Source: Blastocatellia bacterium (GTDB lineage Bacteria; Acidobacteriota; Blastocatellia; RBC074). Taken from it: a DNA stretch of 64,000 nt. Shown in pieces: positions 28,162 through 38,158 of this stretch. The stretch's first letter is position 1. Each line of letters begins with the position of its first letter. The notes below the pieces were generated by a model. The model was not told the DNA's origin. It was given only the letters and a program-made list of their open reading frames with translations, and did no database searches. The stretch is taken from NCBI GenBank assembly GCA_046331565.1, contig JAXLQP010000001.1:2158347-2222346 (forward strand). Reading direction: 5' to 3'. Both the position numbers and the translations under genes were made by a program.

Positions 28162-29203
28162 GCTGCGCGTAAACTTTCAGATACTGCTCAGTCATTCGCT
28201 GCGCTGAAAAATCCGTGCGGGCAGCTTCACGACAGTTTTCCGATTTGAGCGCGCCTGCGGCGGCAATGGCATCGGCCATTTCAATTTCATCACGCACCAG
28301 AAACCCCGTCACACCGTCCTCAATGATTTCAGCCAGCGCGCCTGCTTTGAAGGCAATCACCGGAGTCCCGCAGGCCATCGCTTCCATCGCCACCAGCGAA
28401 CTTGTTTCAGCCACCAGGCTTGGAGCAAGCAGGCAGCGCGCCGCCGTCAGCAGTCGCCGCTTGCGCGCAAATCCGACCGGCCCGATGAAACGCCGCCGAT
28501 GATCAAGACGCGGAACGATCTGTTCGTGAAAGTAAATTTCATGCGCGGCGTAAGGAAAAACCTGCCCCGCCAGCAGCATTGAAACACCGGCACGCGCCGC
28601 TGCCTCAAGCGCCAGGTGAAAACCTTTTTCGGGACAGATGCGACCGAGCGCAAAAACAAGCCCGCGCCTGCTGAGCCTGAGTTGCAGCCGGTCAATCGCC
28701 ACTCCGTTGGGAATCTCCGGCAGCAGTTGCGCGTCAGGCGGGCAGGCGCGCCGCTGCGTGGCCGAAACACAATGCAGAAATGTCTGTGGCCGCGACAGGC
28801 TGAAGAGTTGCGGCGGATACCATGCAGGCGGCAGATGCAGCGTGACCAGAACCGGCGCACCCGGCGGCGGCAGGTAATTGAAACAATCAATGCCGTGCAG
28901 GTGAATCAGATCAACCGCTGATTCAGACAAAGCGCGGGCGATGAGTCCACGCACCGCCTGATAAGTTCGCTCGCGCTCGCCATCACCGATCTGTTCACGC
29001 ACTTCCGGCAGGGCCAGCAATTCACCTGTGACCTGTGAAGCCTCGCTGGCAATCACCAGCGAACGATGCCCGGCCCGCGTCAGCGCTTCATCAAGCAGGC
29101 TGAGTATCTGTTCAGCCCCGCCTGCCGCATCCGCGCTGACCGGAGCGAACGGATAAGCCACACTCAGGATCGTCAGCCTCATCATCAAACACCCGCTGCT
29201 CAC
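28112..29203 (-). CDS. GT4-family (GT-B) glycosyltransferase.
   Basis: C-terminal EAMACGTPVIAFKAGALAEIIEDGVTGFLV (EX7E-type motif). True start probably internal (MRLTIL...). Confidence 0.7.
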   Translation of the reverse strand: MSSGCLMMRLTILSVAYPFAPVSADAAGGAEQILSLLDEALTRAGHRSLVIASEASQVTGELLALPEVREQIGDGERERTYQAVRGLIARALSESAVDLIHLHGIDCFNYLPPPGAPVLVTLHLPPAWYPPQLFSLSRPQTFLHCVSATQRRACPPDAQLLPEIPNGVAIDRLQLRLSRRGLVFALGRICPEKGFHLALEAAARAGVSMLLAGQVFPYAAHEIYFHEQIVPRLDHRRRFIGPVGFARKRRLLTAARCLLAPSLVAETSSLVAMEAMACGTPVIAFKAGALAEIIEDGVTGFLVRDEIEMADAIAAAGALKSENCREAARTDFSAQRMTEQYLKVYAQLTQPSFRLRSASALHP

Positions 29204-29204
29204 A

Positions 29205-29340
29205 TTGCAGAATCATCTCTCTTTCTCCTTCCATCTCTTCTTTCTCTTCTCTGTGACTCTGCGCCTGCGGCGTGAAACTTATTCTCACGCAGAGGCGCAG
29301 AGTCACAGAGAAGAGAGAGAAAAAGAGAGTCAGTGATTTG
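29205..29340. repeat. CT-rich/AG-rich mirror hairpin containing a family-E core.
   Basis: ctcttctctgtgactctgcgcctgcg - gcgtgaaacttattctcacgc - cgcagaggcgcagagtcacagagaagag. Nested hairpins between the PIG-L and GT4 genes. Confidence 0.55.
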
Positions 29341-29363
29341 TGTCCTGGTTCTGCTGCGTGAAT

Positions 29364-30170
29364 TTATCTTTCTGCGATGTCCAGTTCTCTCATTGCTGAT
29401 GCCGCCTGTTTGCGCCACTGAGCGCCGTTCGTGCCCCAGTTGAACTGCTCATAAAACAGCCGTCCTTCATGCGGCGGCTGCGTGTAATCGTAAGCCGGAG
29501 CGGCGCGGAATTTTTCAAAACTCGTCGGAAACACGCGCAGCATTTCGCGCTGCGTGGTGAAGCAGTCAATCATCTGCTGCTTCAGATCGCGCTGCGCTGC
29601 TGATAACGTCAGCGTCAGTTCGCGGCTGTCCTGACGCGCCAGAAATTCGCCCGTGATCATTCTGCCTGCGCTATTGTGATACGAGGTCATCTCAACAACT
29701 GTCGGCACATTCGCCTGCTGCTGTCGCAGCAAATGACACGCCGCCGCCACGGCAAACGAAGTGGCATCGTGATCGGGATGACCGCCTTCGTAAGGATGCG
29801 TCAGCACGACGCGGGGCCGGTATTCAGCAAGCAGCCTGGCGATTTCACGCGCCGCTGAAACCAGATTGAATGTGGCTTCCTGGTCAATAATTCCGAGTTG
29901 TCGCGTCTGTGCGGCGGTGATGCCTGCCAGGGCCAGCGCACATTGCAGTTCAGCGCAGCGCGCTTCAGCGTATGCTTTTCTGGTATCAAATCCGGCAGCC
30001 CGTGCATCGCTCGGATTGCGCGGCGAACCGTCGGTCACGTGAATGATGACAGCCTCTCGCAACCGTGTGAGTTGTCCGCCGACTCCGATGGTTTCATCAT
30101 CAGGATGCGCCACAATCACGGCAGTCGCAGGCGGGAAGCAGGGCAGCCATTCAGCTTCATCAACTTTCAT
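29364..30170 (-). CDS. PIG-L / LmbE-family N-acetylglucosaminyl deacetylase.
   Basis: AHPDDETIG zinc-binding motif; HPDH. Confidence 0.7.
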   Translation of the reverse strand: MKVDEAEWLPCFPPATAVIVAHPDDETIGVGGQLTRLREAVIIHVTDGSPRNPSDARAAGFDTRKAYAEARCAELQCALALAGITAAQTRQLGIIDQEATFNLVSAAREIARLLAEYRPRVVLTHPYEGGHPDHDATSFAVAAACHLLRQQQANVPTVVEMTSYHNSAGRMITGEFLARQDSRELTLTLSAAQRDLKQQMIDCFTTQREMLRVFPTSFEKFRAAPAYDYTQPPHEGRLFYEQFNWGTNGAQWRKQAASAMRELDIAER

Positions 30171-30297
30171 CTTTCAACCCTCCGTGATTGTGGCAGCCAG
30201 GCATACAAGTTGCCGCGCAGATGACGGGCTGTACCTGCGCCGGACACCTGCGACGCGGTGACCGCCGTAATTCATTAAATCAGACAAGGAATCAGCC

Positions 30298-30876
30298 ATG
30301 CCGAAAACAGAACCACGCCGGAATGAAACAATGAACCAGCCGGAACCTGATGCCCCGATGGCTGGCGCGGATGAACTGGTCACTGACCTGAGCGGCATCA
30401 GAGTGGAAAAGAGTATTATTATCAGCCGCGCCCGCAAAGACCTGTATCAGTTCTGGCGCAATTTTGAAAATCTGCCGCGCCTGATGAGCCATCTTGAACA
30501 GGTGCAGATTCTCAGTCCGACGCGCTCGCACTGGGTCGCCAAAGGCCCGGCGGGGACATCTGTTGAATGGGATGCTGAAATTACGACTGATCACGAAAAC
30601 GAACTGATCGCCTGGCGTGCGCTGACTGGCTCTGAAGTAGCCAATGCCGGTTCGGTGCGCTTTCTGCACTTTGCTGAAGGTCAGACCGAAGTGCGCGTGG
30701 CTCTTGAATACGCCCCACCCGGCGGTCGCCTCGGCGCCTGGATCGCCAGCCTGTTCGGTGAAAACCCCGAACAACAGATCACCGAAGACCTCGCCCGCTT
30801 CAAACGCCTCATGGAAATTGAAGTCAGACGCGCTGTGCGCGATTCAGATGAAGATGAAACTGACGAGGTGATCTGA
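30298..30876 (+). CDS. SRPBCC-family (cyclase/dehydrase-like) protein.
   Basis: Paralog of the C-terminal domain of 2417..3676. Confidence 0.6.
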   Translation: MPKTEPRRNETMNQPEPDAPMAGADELVTDLSGIRVEKSIIISRARKDLYQFWRNFENLPRLMSHLEQVQILSPTRSHWVAKGPAGTSVEWDAEITTDHENELIAWRALTGSEVANAGSVRFLHFAEGQTEVRVALEYAPPGGRLGAWIASLFGENPEQQITEDLARFKRLMEIEVRRAVRDSDEDETDEVI

Positions 30877-30908
30877 GCCGGATCAGATTTCAGATCAGTA
30901 TCCAGGAA

Positions 30909-31026
30909 GTGTTGCGCGATTTGCCAGAATCGCGCGTCATCCGTTATTGGCCCATTGCGTGAACTGCGCGATTCTGGCAAATCGCGCAACACTCCAGCCG
31001 CGCGACTGCGGGCAAATCGCGCAACA
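30909..31026. repeat. MITE family A, copy 2, with an extra partial right arm.
   Basis: Full element 30909-30992, then a duplicated half-site gcaaatcgcgcaacac at 31011-31026. Track ORF 30681..31160(-) is partly artifact. Confidence 0.7.
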
Positions 31027-31080
31027 CTTCTGACAGATCGCCGGACAGTTCCCTGAAATTCCTGGTCTTTGCCGTGTCGG

Positions 31081-31263
31081 TCAGTGCCGCGCGGTCTGAG
31101 TCTGTTTTGTGGCGGTCGCGCAATCGGCGTGGCCGCAGCCACAGGTCGTGCGGGTGTCAATATTGTCGTTGGCGTGCATGCAATGATCGCTGCAATAGGG
31201 CTGGCCTGACCGTGCCGGACAATTGCAGTTCGGATTGGCGCATTTGTCAGTCATCTCTGCCAT
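31081..31263 (-). CDS. smtA: Bacterial SmtA-type metallothionein.
   Basis: KCANPNCNCP....YCSDHC....CGCGHADC. The Cys/His spacing parallels cyanobacterial SmtA (KCACEPCLC...YCSEAC..GCGHTGC). Confidence 0.55.
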   Translation of the reverse strand: MAEMTDKCANPNCNCPARSGQPYCSDHCMHANDNIDTRTTCGCGHADCATATKQTQTARH

Positions 31264-31452
31264 CTTGATTCCTCCGAAAGTAATTCACGAAACCACACGA
31301 AAAGACACGGGACTCAGCGGCCACGCCGTCCGTGTCAGTTCGTCTGACTTCGTGAATGGTTCAAGCCTGATTCATGCAGGCATTAACCCGCCCCGACTTG
31401 ATAGGTTAATGCCTGCATCTCTTTCCTCACCAACCTCACTGAGGAAAGAAGC

Positions 31453-31998
31453 TCAGCGCGAAGCCAGATCGCCGCCCAGTTGTTTCCATTCGCGTTCGAT
31501 CTGTTCGGCTTCGGCAGCGGTGCGCGGTGTCACGCTGATCAGAATGCCGCCGCCTTTGATGCCTTCTTCATAGATTCGCGCGTGTTCTTCGGGAATGCCT
31601 GAACCAACCAGCGCACCAATCAGTCCGCCGGCAATCCCGCCCGCTCCGGCCCCGGCCAGTCCGGCGGCCAGCGGCCCGGCTACAACAATGCCCAGACCAG
31701 GCAAAGCAATAAAAGTTCCGATTGCGGCGAGCGCGCCCAGCAGTCCGCCAACGACCACACCGATGCCGCCGCCGACTCCCGCGCCTTCGAGCGCCTTGTT
31801 GCCCAGTTCGGTGGTGTTGGCGTTCGTGTCGCCGAAATAACGATTGCGCGTTTCATCAGACATCACGACGCTGGTGTCTTCGCGGCTGTAGCCCAGATCC
31901 ATCAGATAGTCATAGGCTCGTTCGGCGGCTGATTTGTCTCTGAACAGACCGCTGACGGTCGGCTGCCTGGCGGTTGAGGTGCTGCTGTTGTCTGCCAT
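31453..31998 (-). CDS. General-stress-protein-like (YflT/17M-type N-domain) protein with a glycine-zipper membrane segment.
   Basis: N-terminal AAERAYDYLMDLGYSREDTSVV; central GxxxG-rich hydrophobic segment; C-terminal IYEEGIKGGGILISV. Confidence 0.45.
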   Translation of the reverse strand: MADNSSTSTARQPTVSGLFRDKSAAERAYDYLMDLGYSREDTSVVMSDETRNRYFGDTNANTTELGNKALEGAGVGGGIGVVVGGLLGALAAIGTFIALPGLGIVVAGPLAAGLAGAGAGGIAGGLIGALVGSGIPEEHARIYEEGIKGGGILISVTPRTAAEAEQIEREWKQLGGDLASR

Positions 31999-32294
31999 TA
32001 TTTACTGCTCCTGCTGAGAGTTGATTAACTACGATCCGGGCGCGGGTTCACATCAAACCCGCCGGACGTGATTCAGTCGAAGTGCAAGCCTCATACCATC
32101 CCGCCCCCTCTGACGCCGCCGCGCTACCGCATTACTCCGTAACGCCTCAGAGTCACACCCGCGCACGGTCGTCCAACGCCTGTTCTGAATAAGAACAGCC
32201 ATTCGTCAAAGCAGCCTCTGAAACATTCTCACAGATGCCATTCATTCCAGCACGACAGTTGCTCACCAGTCGCACCGTCTGTCTGAAACAAGCA

Positions 32295-32378
32295 GTGTTG
32301 CGCGATTTGCCAGAACCGCGCGGATTACGCAATGAGCCGATGACGGATGCCGCGCGATTCTGGCAAATAGCGCAACAC
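32295..32378. repeat. MITE family A, copy 3.
   Basis: gtgttgcgcgatttgccagaaccgcgcgg ... cgcgcgattctggcaaatagcgcaacac. Track ORF 32235..32426(+) is an artifact. Confidence 0.7.
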
Positions 32379-32535
32379 ACGTTGGTTCAGGTTACTGATT
32401 TGAAATCTGATCCGGGTCGGGTGTGATGAAGAAACTCGAACTCGTAATCACGAATGTCTTCGCCATCGGCGGGGTGCGTCTGGTTTCGCTCCGGCGCCCG
32501 GCTTAAGGCTGCCGGATGACAGAAGGAGAACAAAC

Positions 32536-33549
32536 ATGCACAGGTCAGATGCAGTGCTGACTGGCTGGTTATTTTTTTTCGGACTGATGCTGACGAGCAT
32601 CAGCGCGCAGTGTCAAAGCACGAGCAGCGAGGCTTATCGTCACGCGCTTGATGAGTATAACCAGGGCAATCTGGACGCGGCGATTGCGGGCTTCACGCAC
32701 ATCATTGAGGCCGGACTGAGTGATGCGGCGGCCACTGGTCAGAGCCAGGAGGCCCGGCAGCAGGATGATGGTCTGGTCATTGATTACGAAGATGAAATCG
32801 TCATCGTCCCGCGCGTGGCTGCTTCTTATTACGGGCGCGGGCTGGCGCATTACCGCAGGCATGATTTCACGCTGGCCGTTGATGATTTCAAAGCGGCGGT
32901 CGGCATGGTTGCGCGGTATGCCGATGCCTGGACGAATCTGAGCGCGGCGCTCTTTGCCGCTGGTGAACTGAAGGCCGCACTGGCAGCGGCTGACCAGTCA
33001 ATCAGCATCAGGCCGCGCAATGCGACGGCTTATCACAACCGGGGACTGGCGTGGTATCAGATGAATGAATATGACCGGGCCATTGCTGATTTCAATCAGT
33101 CTTTGTCATTCAATCCGAAATCAGCCATGACGTGGCTCAATCGCGGCAATGCCTGGCTCAGCAAACGCGAATGGGACAAGGCGGTGGATGATTACAACCA
33201 GGCGCTGAAACTCAACCCGCAGCTCGCCGCAGCTTATAACAACCGGGGCAATGCGCAGTTCAACCAGGATCACATTGCAGCTTCGCTGCGCGATTACAAT
33301 CAGGCGCTGCAACTCAATCCGCATTTTGCCGAAGCGTTTTTTAATCGCGGCCTCGCCTTTGTTTACCTGGGCCGCGAACGCGAAGCGGCGGCTGATTTCA
33401 ATCAGTGCCGACAGCTCGATCAGCGCATGGGCGCGATGATTGAAGAACGCGCGGCAAAAATCAGGGCGAAGCGTGAACGCGCCGGTCAGAGCGCCGTGAG
33501 TTACAAAAAATCGGATGAGAATTTATCAGGAATCCGAAATCCTGAATGA
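32536..33549 (+). CDS. TPR-repeat protein (secreted).
   Basis: Multiple 34-aa TPR units (AYNNRGNAQ.., AFFNRGLAF..). N-terminal signal/TM. Confidence 0.7.
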   Translation: MHRSDAVLTGWLFFFGLMLTSISAQCQSTSSEAYRHALDEYNQGNLDAAIAGFTHIIEAGLSDAAATGQSQEARQQDDGLVIDYEDEIVIVPRVAASYYGRGLAHYRRHDFTLAVDDFKAAVGMVARYADAWTNLSAALFAAGELKAALAAADQSISIRPRNATAYHNRGLAWYQMNEYDRAIADFNQSLSFNPKSAMTWLNRGNAWLSKREWDKAVDDYNQALKLNPQLAAAYNNRGNAQFNQDHIAASLRDYNQALQLNPHFAEAFFNRGLAFVYLGREREAAADFNQCRQLDQRMGAMIEERAAKIRAKRERAGQSAVSYKKSDENLSGIRNPE

Positions 33550-33862
33550 AGATCACCATCAGCCATATCTGCCGCTCAGCTTCAGACAAACTGAAATCAT
33601 ATCAGCCAAAGATTTTGCGCGTTTGATTTCAGCGATCCAATTACCTGGCGCAGTCGTTGCATTAAAGCGGCTCTCTCCCGCAACAAACCAACTCCCCGAT
33701 CAACAACCTGTGAGGTGCCGCAGGCCGAATGCGCTGTCTGCCTGTTGTCTGTCAGGCCGCAAGGCCCGGACAGCAGAAGCTGATTCGACAGCAGAGGTCG
33801 AAGTGTGCGCAGCGAAAGCCGTCGGCTGAAAGCCTGGCTGGCGACACAGGATATTCCAGGTA

Positions 33863-36800
33863 ATGGAGGATCAAATGTTACATTCAGTCAGAAACTGGAA
33901 GTCAGTGAGCCGGGCAGTCGTGACTGTCCTCTTCACACTGCTGATCTTCCCGGCTGTGCTGTGGGCGCAGACTGAAACCGGGCAGATTATCGGCAAGGTG
34001 ACTGATCCCGCGGGAGCGCTGGTGGCTGGCGCGACCATCACCATCAAATCAGTTGATACCGGAGCCACCCGCACCGCAACGAGCAACGATCAGGGCCAGT
34101 TTGTGATCGCCAATCTGCAACCCGGACTCTATGACGTGACGATTCAGGGAACGGGCTTCGCGCCGAAAACACGACGGGTGCAGGTCACAGTCGGCTCTCA
34201 GGTCTCGCTCGACACGGCGCTGACCGTGCAGGCTGAAAGCGTGACGGTGGATGTCGTCGCCAGCGGCGGCGTTGAAGTCAACACGCAGAATCAGGAACTG
34301 TCGAATGTGGTGTCAGGCAATCAGATTCGTGAACTGCCTTCGCTGACGCGCAATCCTTACGATTTCGTTTCACTCTCCGGCAACGTTTCACCGGCTGATC
34401 CGTCAGCGCGCGGCGTGGGCTTTGCCATCAACGGGCAGCGCGCGGCTTCGACCAACATTCTGCTCGATGGCGGCGAGAACGTGGACACTTTTACGGCCAC
34501 TGTCGGCCAGAGTGTGCCGCTCGATTCAGTGCAGGAATTTCGCGTCATCACCAGCAACTTTTCCGCCGAGTATGGCCGCGCTTCGGGTGGCATTGTGAAT
34601 GTGGCGACCCGCGCCGGCAGCAACAATTTTCACGGCTCGGTTTATGAATTCAATCGCGTCTCGCGGTTTGCCTCGAACGATTTTGACAACAATGCCAACG
34701 GCATCGCCAAAGGCCTGTTTACGCGCAATCAGTTCGGTTATTCGGTCGGCGGCCCCATCGTGCCGGACAAGCTGTTCTTCTTCAACAGCACTGAATGGAT
34801 TCGCGTTCGCAGTTCTGAAAACATCATCAACTATGTGCCGACGCCGCAACTGCTCACGGCGGCAGCGCCTGCGACCCGGACGTTTTTCAACGCCTTCCCG
34901 TTGCAGACGCCGATCAATGGCCCGACTCTGACAGTGGCTGATGTGATCAGCAGCGTGGGCGCATCGAACTTTGCGCCGGGCAATCCGTTTCTGGCGCTGC
35001 CGGGAACGACTCCGGCATTCGGCCAGGTCAGCTATCGCATTCCGAGCGATGTGGGTGCGGGGCTGCCGCAGAATTCCTATCAGATCGTCACGCGCTTCGA
35101 TTACAACCTGACTGAAAAGACCCAGATTTACGGGCGGCACGCGCTCGAAAGCCAGGATTTTCAGATCGGCACCAATTCCTTCAGCCCGTATCAGGGGTTC
35201 AATACCGGCATCGAAGCATTCAATAACAACGTGCTGGTGTCACTGACGCATTCGTTCTCACCGCGCCTGGTGTCACAGACGAAGCTGGTTTACAACCGCC
35301 TCAACAACCAGCAGCCGCTCGGTAATCAGGCTCCGAGTCCGACGCTCTATATGCGCACCACGCGGACGCGACTCAATAACTTCCTCGTGGCGCTGCCGGG
35401 TTATCTGCCCTTCAATCCGGGCAGTGCGATTCCGTTTGGCGGGCCGCAGAACCTGTTCCAGCTTTATCAGGATTTCAACTCAACCTTTGGCAATCACCAG
35501 TTCCGTTACGGCGGCACTTACGTTCACATTCAGGACAACCGCACGTTTGGCGCATATCAGACAGCGGTTGAAACGCTCGGCGCCAATACCGGCCAAGCGC
35601 TCGGCAATCTGGTCGCCGGACAGTTGCGCGCCTTCCAGGCGGCGATTGATCCGCGCGGCTCGTTTCCGGGACAGAGTGTTTCGCTGCCGCTGGGGCCGCC
35701 GAATTTCAGCCGCAGCAATCTCTACAACGAGTTCGGTCTGTACGTGCAGGATAACTGGCGCTTCAGGCCGCGCCTGACGGTCAACCTCGGACTGCGTTAC
35801 GACTATTTCGGCGTGCAGCACAACCGACGCCCGGAACTCGACTCGAATTTCTTTTTCGGTTCAGGCAGCACATTGCAGGAACGCATCCGCAACGGCAGTG
35901 TGCAACTGGCAGAAAACAGCCCGGTGGGCGGGCTGTGGGAACCTGACAAAAATAATTTCGGGCCGCGTGTGGGCTTTGCTTATGACGTGTTTGGTGATGG
36001 CAAGACAAGCGTGCGTGGCGGCTACGGCATCAGCTACGAACGCAACTTTGGCAACGTCACTTTCAACGTCATTCAGAACCCGCCGAATTATGCGGTCATC
36101 AACATTCTGCCGGGCGTGACGCCGGGCTTCCCGGTCGGCTCGCTCCTGATTACGCCGAGCAATGTCGGCCCGTTTGCCGGAACGACCGGCTCCATCACGC
36201 TGCCGCAGACGAGCCTGCGTCACGTGCGCGAGGACATCAACACCGCTTATGCCCATTTCTGGAGCCTGTCAGTTGAACGCGAACTGCTGCCGGGCACGGT
36301 CGCGTCAGTGCAGTACAGCGGTTCTGCCGGGCGCAATCTCTACTCGCTGGAAAACATCAATCGTCCGGGCACAGGGTTCATTTACCTGGGTGACACCGAC
36401 CCGTTCTCACGTCTGAATAACCAGTATTCAGGCATCAACACGCGCGGCAAGGCGGGCTTCTCGAATTACAACGCGCTGATTGCGGACATCGTGACCAGCA
36501 AATTCCGCTCAATCGGTCTGTCGTTTTCGGCCCGCTACACTTACTCGAAGGCGCTCGACAATCTGAGTTCGACCTTCAGCGAAAGCGCCAACAACTTCAA
36601 CCTCGGCCTGCTCGACCCGTTCAATCCGAAGCTGGATTACGGCCCGGCGGATTTCGACGTGCGTCACCGCTTCACGACCGGCTTCAACTGGGAAGTGCCA
36701 TTCAACAAGATCGGTGATCGCTTCTTCGGCGGCACCGGGACGGCGGTTTCGCGGCAGATTTTCGGCGGCTGGGAACTGACGGGCATTTTCACGGCTCGTT

Positions 36801-37270
36801 CCGGTTCACCGTTCACCGTCTTTGACTGCTCGAACGCGGCGACTTCTGAATCGGCCTGCCCGCGTGTCTTTGCGACCGGCACTCTGCCGACTGATACGCG
36901 TGACAATCCCACCCCTGACGCTTCGGTTCCGAACCGGTTCAATTTCCTTGACCTGACCGGTCTCGTCGCGCCTGGTTCATACGTCAATCCGCGCACCGGT
37001 AACTCAGACTTCGGCCCGTACCCGAACAACATGATCGGGCGCAATCGTTTTCGCGGGCCTGGCTTGTGGAATCTGGATGCCGGTTTGTACAAACGCTTCA
37101 AGTTCACTGAGACACTGAGTCTGCAACTGCGAGCTGAACTCTACAACGTATTCAATCACGCCAATATGTTCGTGATCGGCGACGAAGCCGATGTCAGCTC
37201 CGGCACGGTCATTCCTTCGCGCCGACTGGGCCGACGCAACCTGCAACTCGCGGCGAAGTTTATTTTCTGA
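33863..37270 (+). CDS. TonB-dependent receptor with N-terminal carboxypeptidase-regulatory-like domain (Acidobacteria-type TBDR).
   Basis: Signal peptide; GQIIGKVTDPAGALVAGATITIKSVDTGATRTATSNDQGQFVIANLQPGLYDV; plug/barrel features; C-terminal aromatic residue. Confidence 0.75.
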   Translation: MEDQMLHSVRNWKSVSRAVVTVLFTLLIFPAVLWAQTETGQIIGKVTDPAGALVAGATITIKSVDTGATRTATSNDQGQFVIANLQPGLYDVTIQGTGFAPKTRRVQVTVGSQVSLDTALTVQAESVTVDVVASGGVEVNTQNQELSNVVSGNQIRELPSLTRNPYDFVSLSGNVSPADPSARGVGFAINGQRAASTNILLDGGENVDTFTATVGQSVPLDSVQEFRVITSNFSAEYGRASGGIVNVATRAGSNNFHGSVYEFNRVSRFASNDFDNNANGIAKGLFTRNQFGYSVGGPIVPDKLFFFNSTEWIRVRSSENIINYVPTPQLLTAAAPATRTFFNAFPLQTPINGPTLTVADVISSVGASNFAPGNPFLALPGTTPAFGQVSYRIPSDVGAGLPQNSYQIVTRFDYNLTEKTQIYGRHALESQDFQIGTNSFSPYQGFNTGIEAFNNNVLVSLTHSFSPRLVSQTKLVYNRLNNQQPLGNQAPSPTLYMRTTRTRLNNFLVALPGYLPFNPGSAIPFGGPQNLFQLYQDFNSTFGNHQFRYGGTYVHIQDNRTFGAYQTAVETLGANTGQALGNLVAGQLRAFQAAIDPRGSFPGQSVSLPLGPPNFSRSNLYNEFGLYVQDNWRFRPRLTVNLGLRYDYFGVQHNRRPELDSNFFFGSGSTLQERIRNGSVQLAENSPVGGLWEPDKNNFGPRVGFAYDVFGDGKTSVRGGYGISYERNFGNVTFNVIQNPPNYAVINILPGVTPGFPVGSLLITPSNVGPFAGTTGSITLPQTSLRHVREDINTAYAHFWSLSVERELLPGTVASVQYSGSAGRNLYSLENINRPGTGFIYLGDTDPFSRLNNQYSGINTRGKAGFSNYNALIADIVTSKFRSIGLSFSARYTYSKALDNLSSTFSESANNFNLGLLDPFNPKLDYGPADFDVRHRFTTGFNWEVPFNKIGDRFFGGTGTAVSRQIFGGWELTGIFTARSGSPFTVFDCSNAATSESACPRVFATGTLPTDTRDNPTPDASVPNRFNFLDLTGLVAPGSYVNPRTGNSDFGPYPNNMIGRNRFRGPGLWNLDAGLYKRFKFTETLSLQLRAELYNVFNHANMFVIGDEADVSSGTVIPSRRLGRRNLQLAAKFIF

Positions 37271-37381
37271 GCCGTCTCTGATCTCTCAGACAGAGGCCGG
37301 GCACGCACCTTGCCTCAACTGAAGTACCGATTCACGGCAGGCCGCAAGGCCTGCCGCACTTTATGACAGGAGAAAAAAATC

Positions 37382-38158
37382 ATGAGACTCAAACCCATTC
37401 TGCACCTGATGACGTTCGGTGTGCTGGCGCTGACCCTGAGCCTGAGCGTCCAGGCCCAGGAGCGCATGGCCAGCAACAGCAAATCCAAAATGCAGGACAA
37501 GCATCCACAGATGGCGAACCGCGAAAACAGCAAGGATTTCAAGGACGCCATTCATCAGTCTGAGAAGGCGGCCAAAGTATTCAACGAAATCATGAATGCG
37601 CCGGACAGCGCGATTCCGCAAAACCTGATTGACAAGGCTGAGTGCGTCGCGGTCTTTCCCGATGTCATCAAGGCCGGGTTCATCGTCGGTGGTCGCGGCG
37701 GTCGCGGCGTGGCGAGTTGCCGCACCGCGAGCGGCTGGAGCGCGCCTGCCTTCTTTGATATTGGCGGCGGCGATTTCGGGGCGCAGATCGGGGTTCAGGC
37801 CACCGACTTTGTGCTGCTGTTTATGTCCAAAAACGGCATTGACAGCCTGCTCTCGAACAAATTCGAGATCGGCGGCGAAGCATCTGTTGCCGCCGGGCCG
37901 GTGGGCCGCACGGCTTCGGCAGCCACTGATGCCGCGCTGAATGCGCAGATTCTTTCGTATTCGCGCAGCAAGGGACTGTTTGCCGGCGCCGTGATCAAGG
38001 GCGCAGCCGTGACCAAGGACGACAGCGCCATGAATGCCGTCTATGGTGACGCCACATTAAAGGACGTGTTGCAGGACAGCAAATTCACGGCTCCTGCCGC
38101 GACCAGAGCGTTCCCGAATACCCTGGCTAAATATTCCACGCGCAAAGCCGGAAAATAG
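37382..38158 (+). CDS. SYLF (DUF500/Ysc84-like) lipid-binding domain protein, secreted.
   Basis: Signal peptide; YSRSKGLFAGAVIKGAAV; GGEASVAAGPVGR motifs. Confidence 0.6.
   Translation: MRLKPILHLMTFGVLALTLSLSVQAQERMASNSKSKMQDKHPQMANRENSKDFKDAIHQSEKAAKVFNEIMNAPDSAIPQNLIDKAECVAVFPDVIKAGFIVGGRGGRGVASCRTASGWSAPAFFDIGGGDFGAQIGVQATDFVLLFMSKNGIDSLLSNKFEIGGEASVAAGPVGRTASAATDAALNAQILSYSRSKGLFAGAVIKGAAVTKDDSAMNAVYGDATLKDVLQDSKFTAPAATRAFPNTLAKYSTRKAGK

Noticed and set aside
34526-35140. Numerous antisense or alternate-frame ORFs inside large genes (TonB receptors, RND, HK, NtrC, DUF4350, BlaR1; for example 34526..35140-, 38994..39407-, 22464..23066+, 25657..26352+, 23882..24499+).
   Set aside because: Typical high-GC spurious ORFs. 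They have no RBS or domain signal, and the sense-strand genes have clear motifs.
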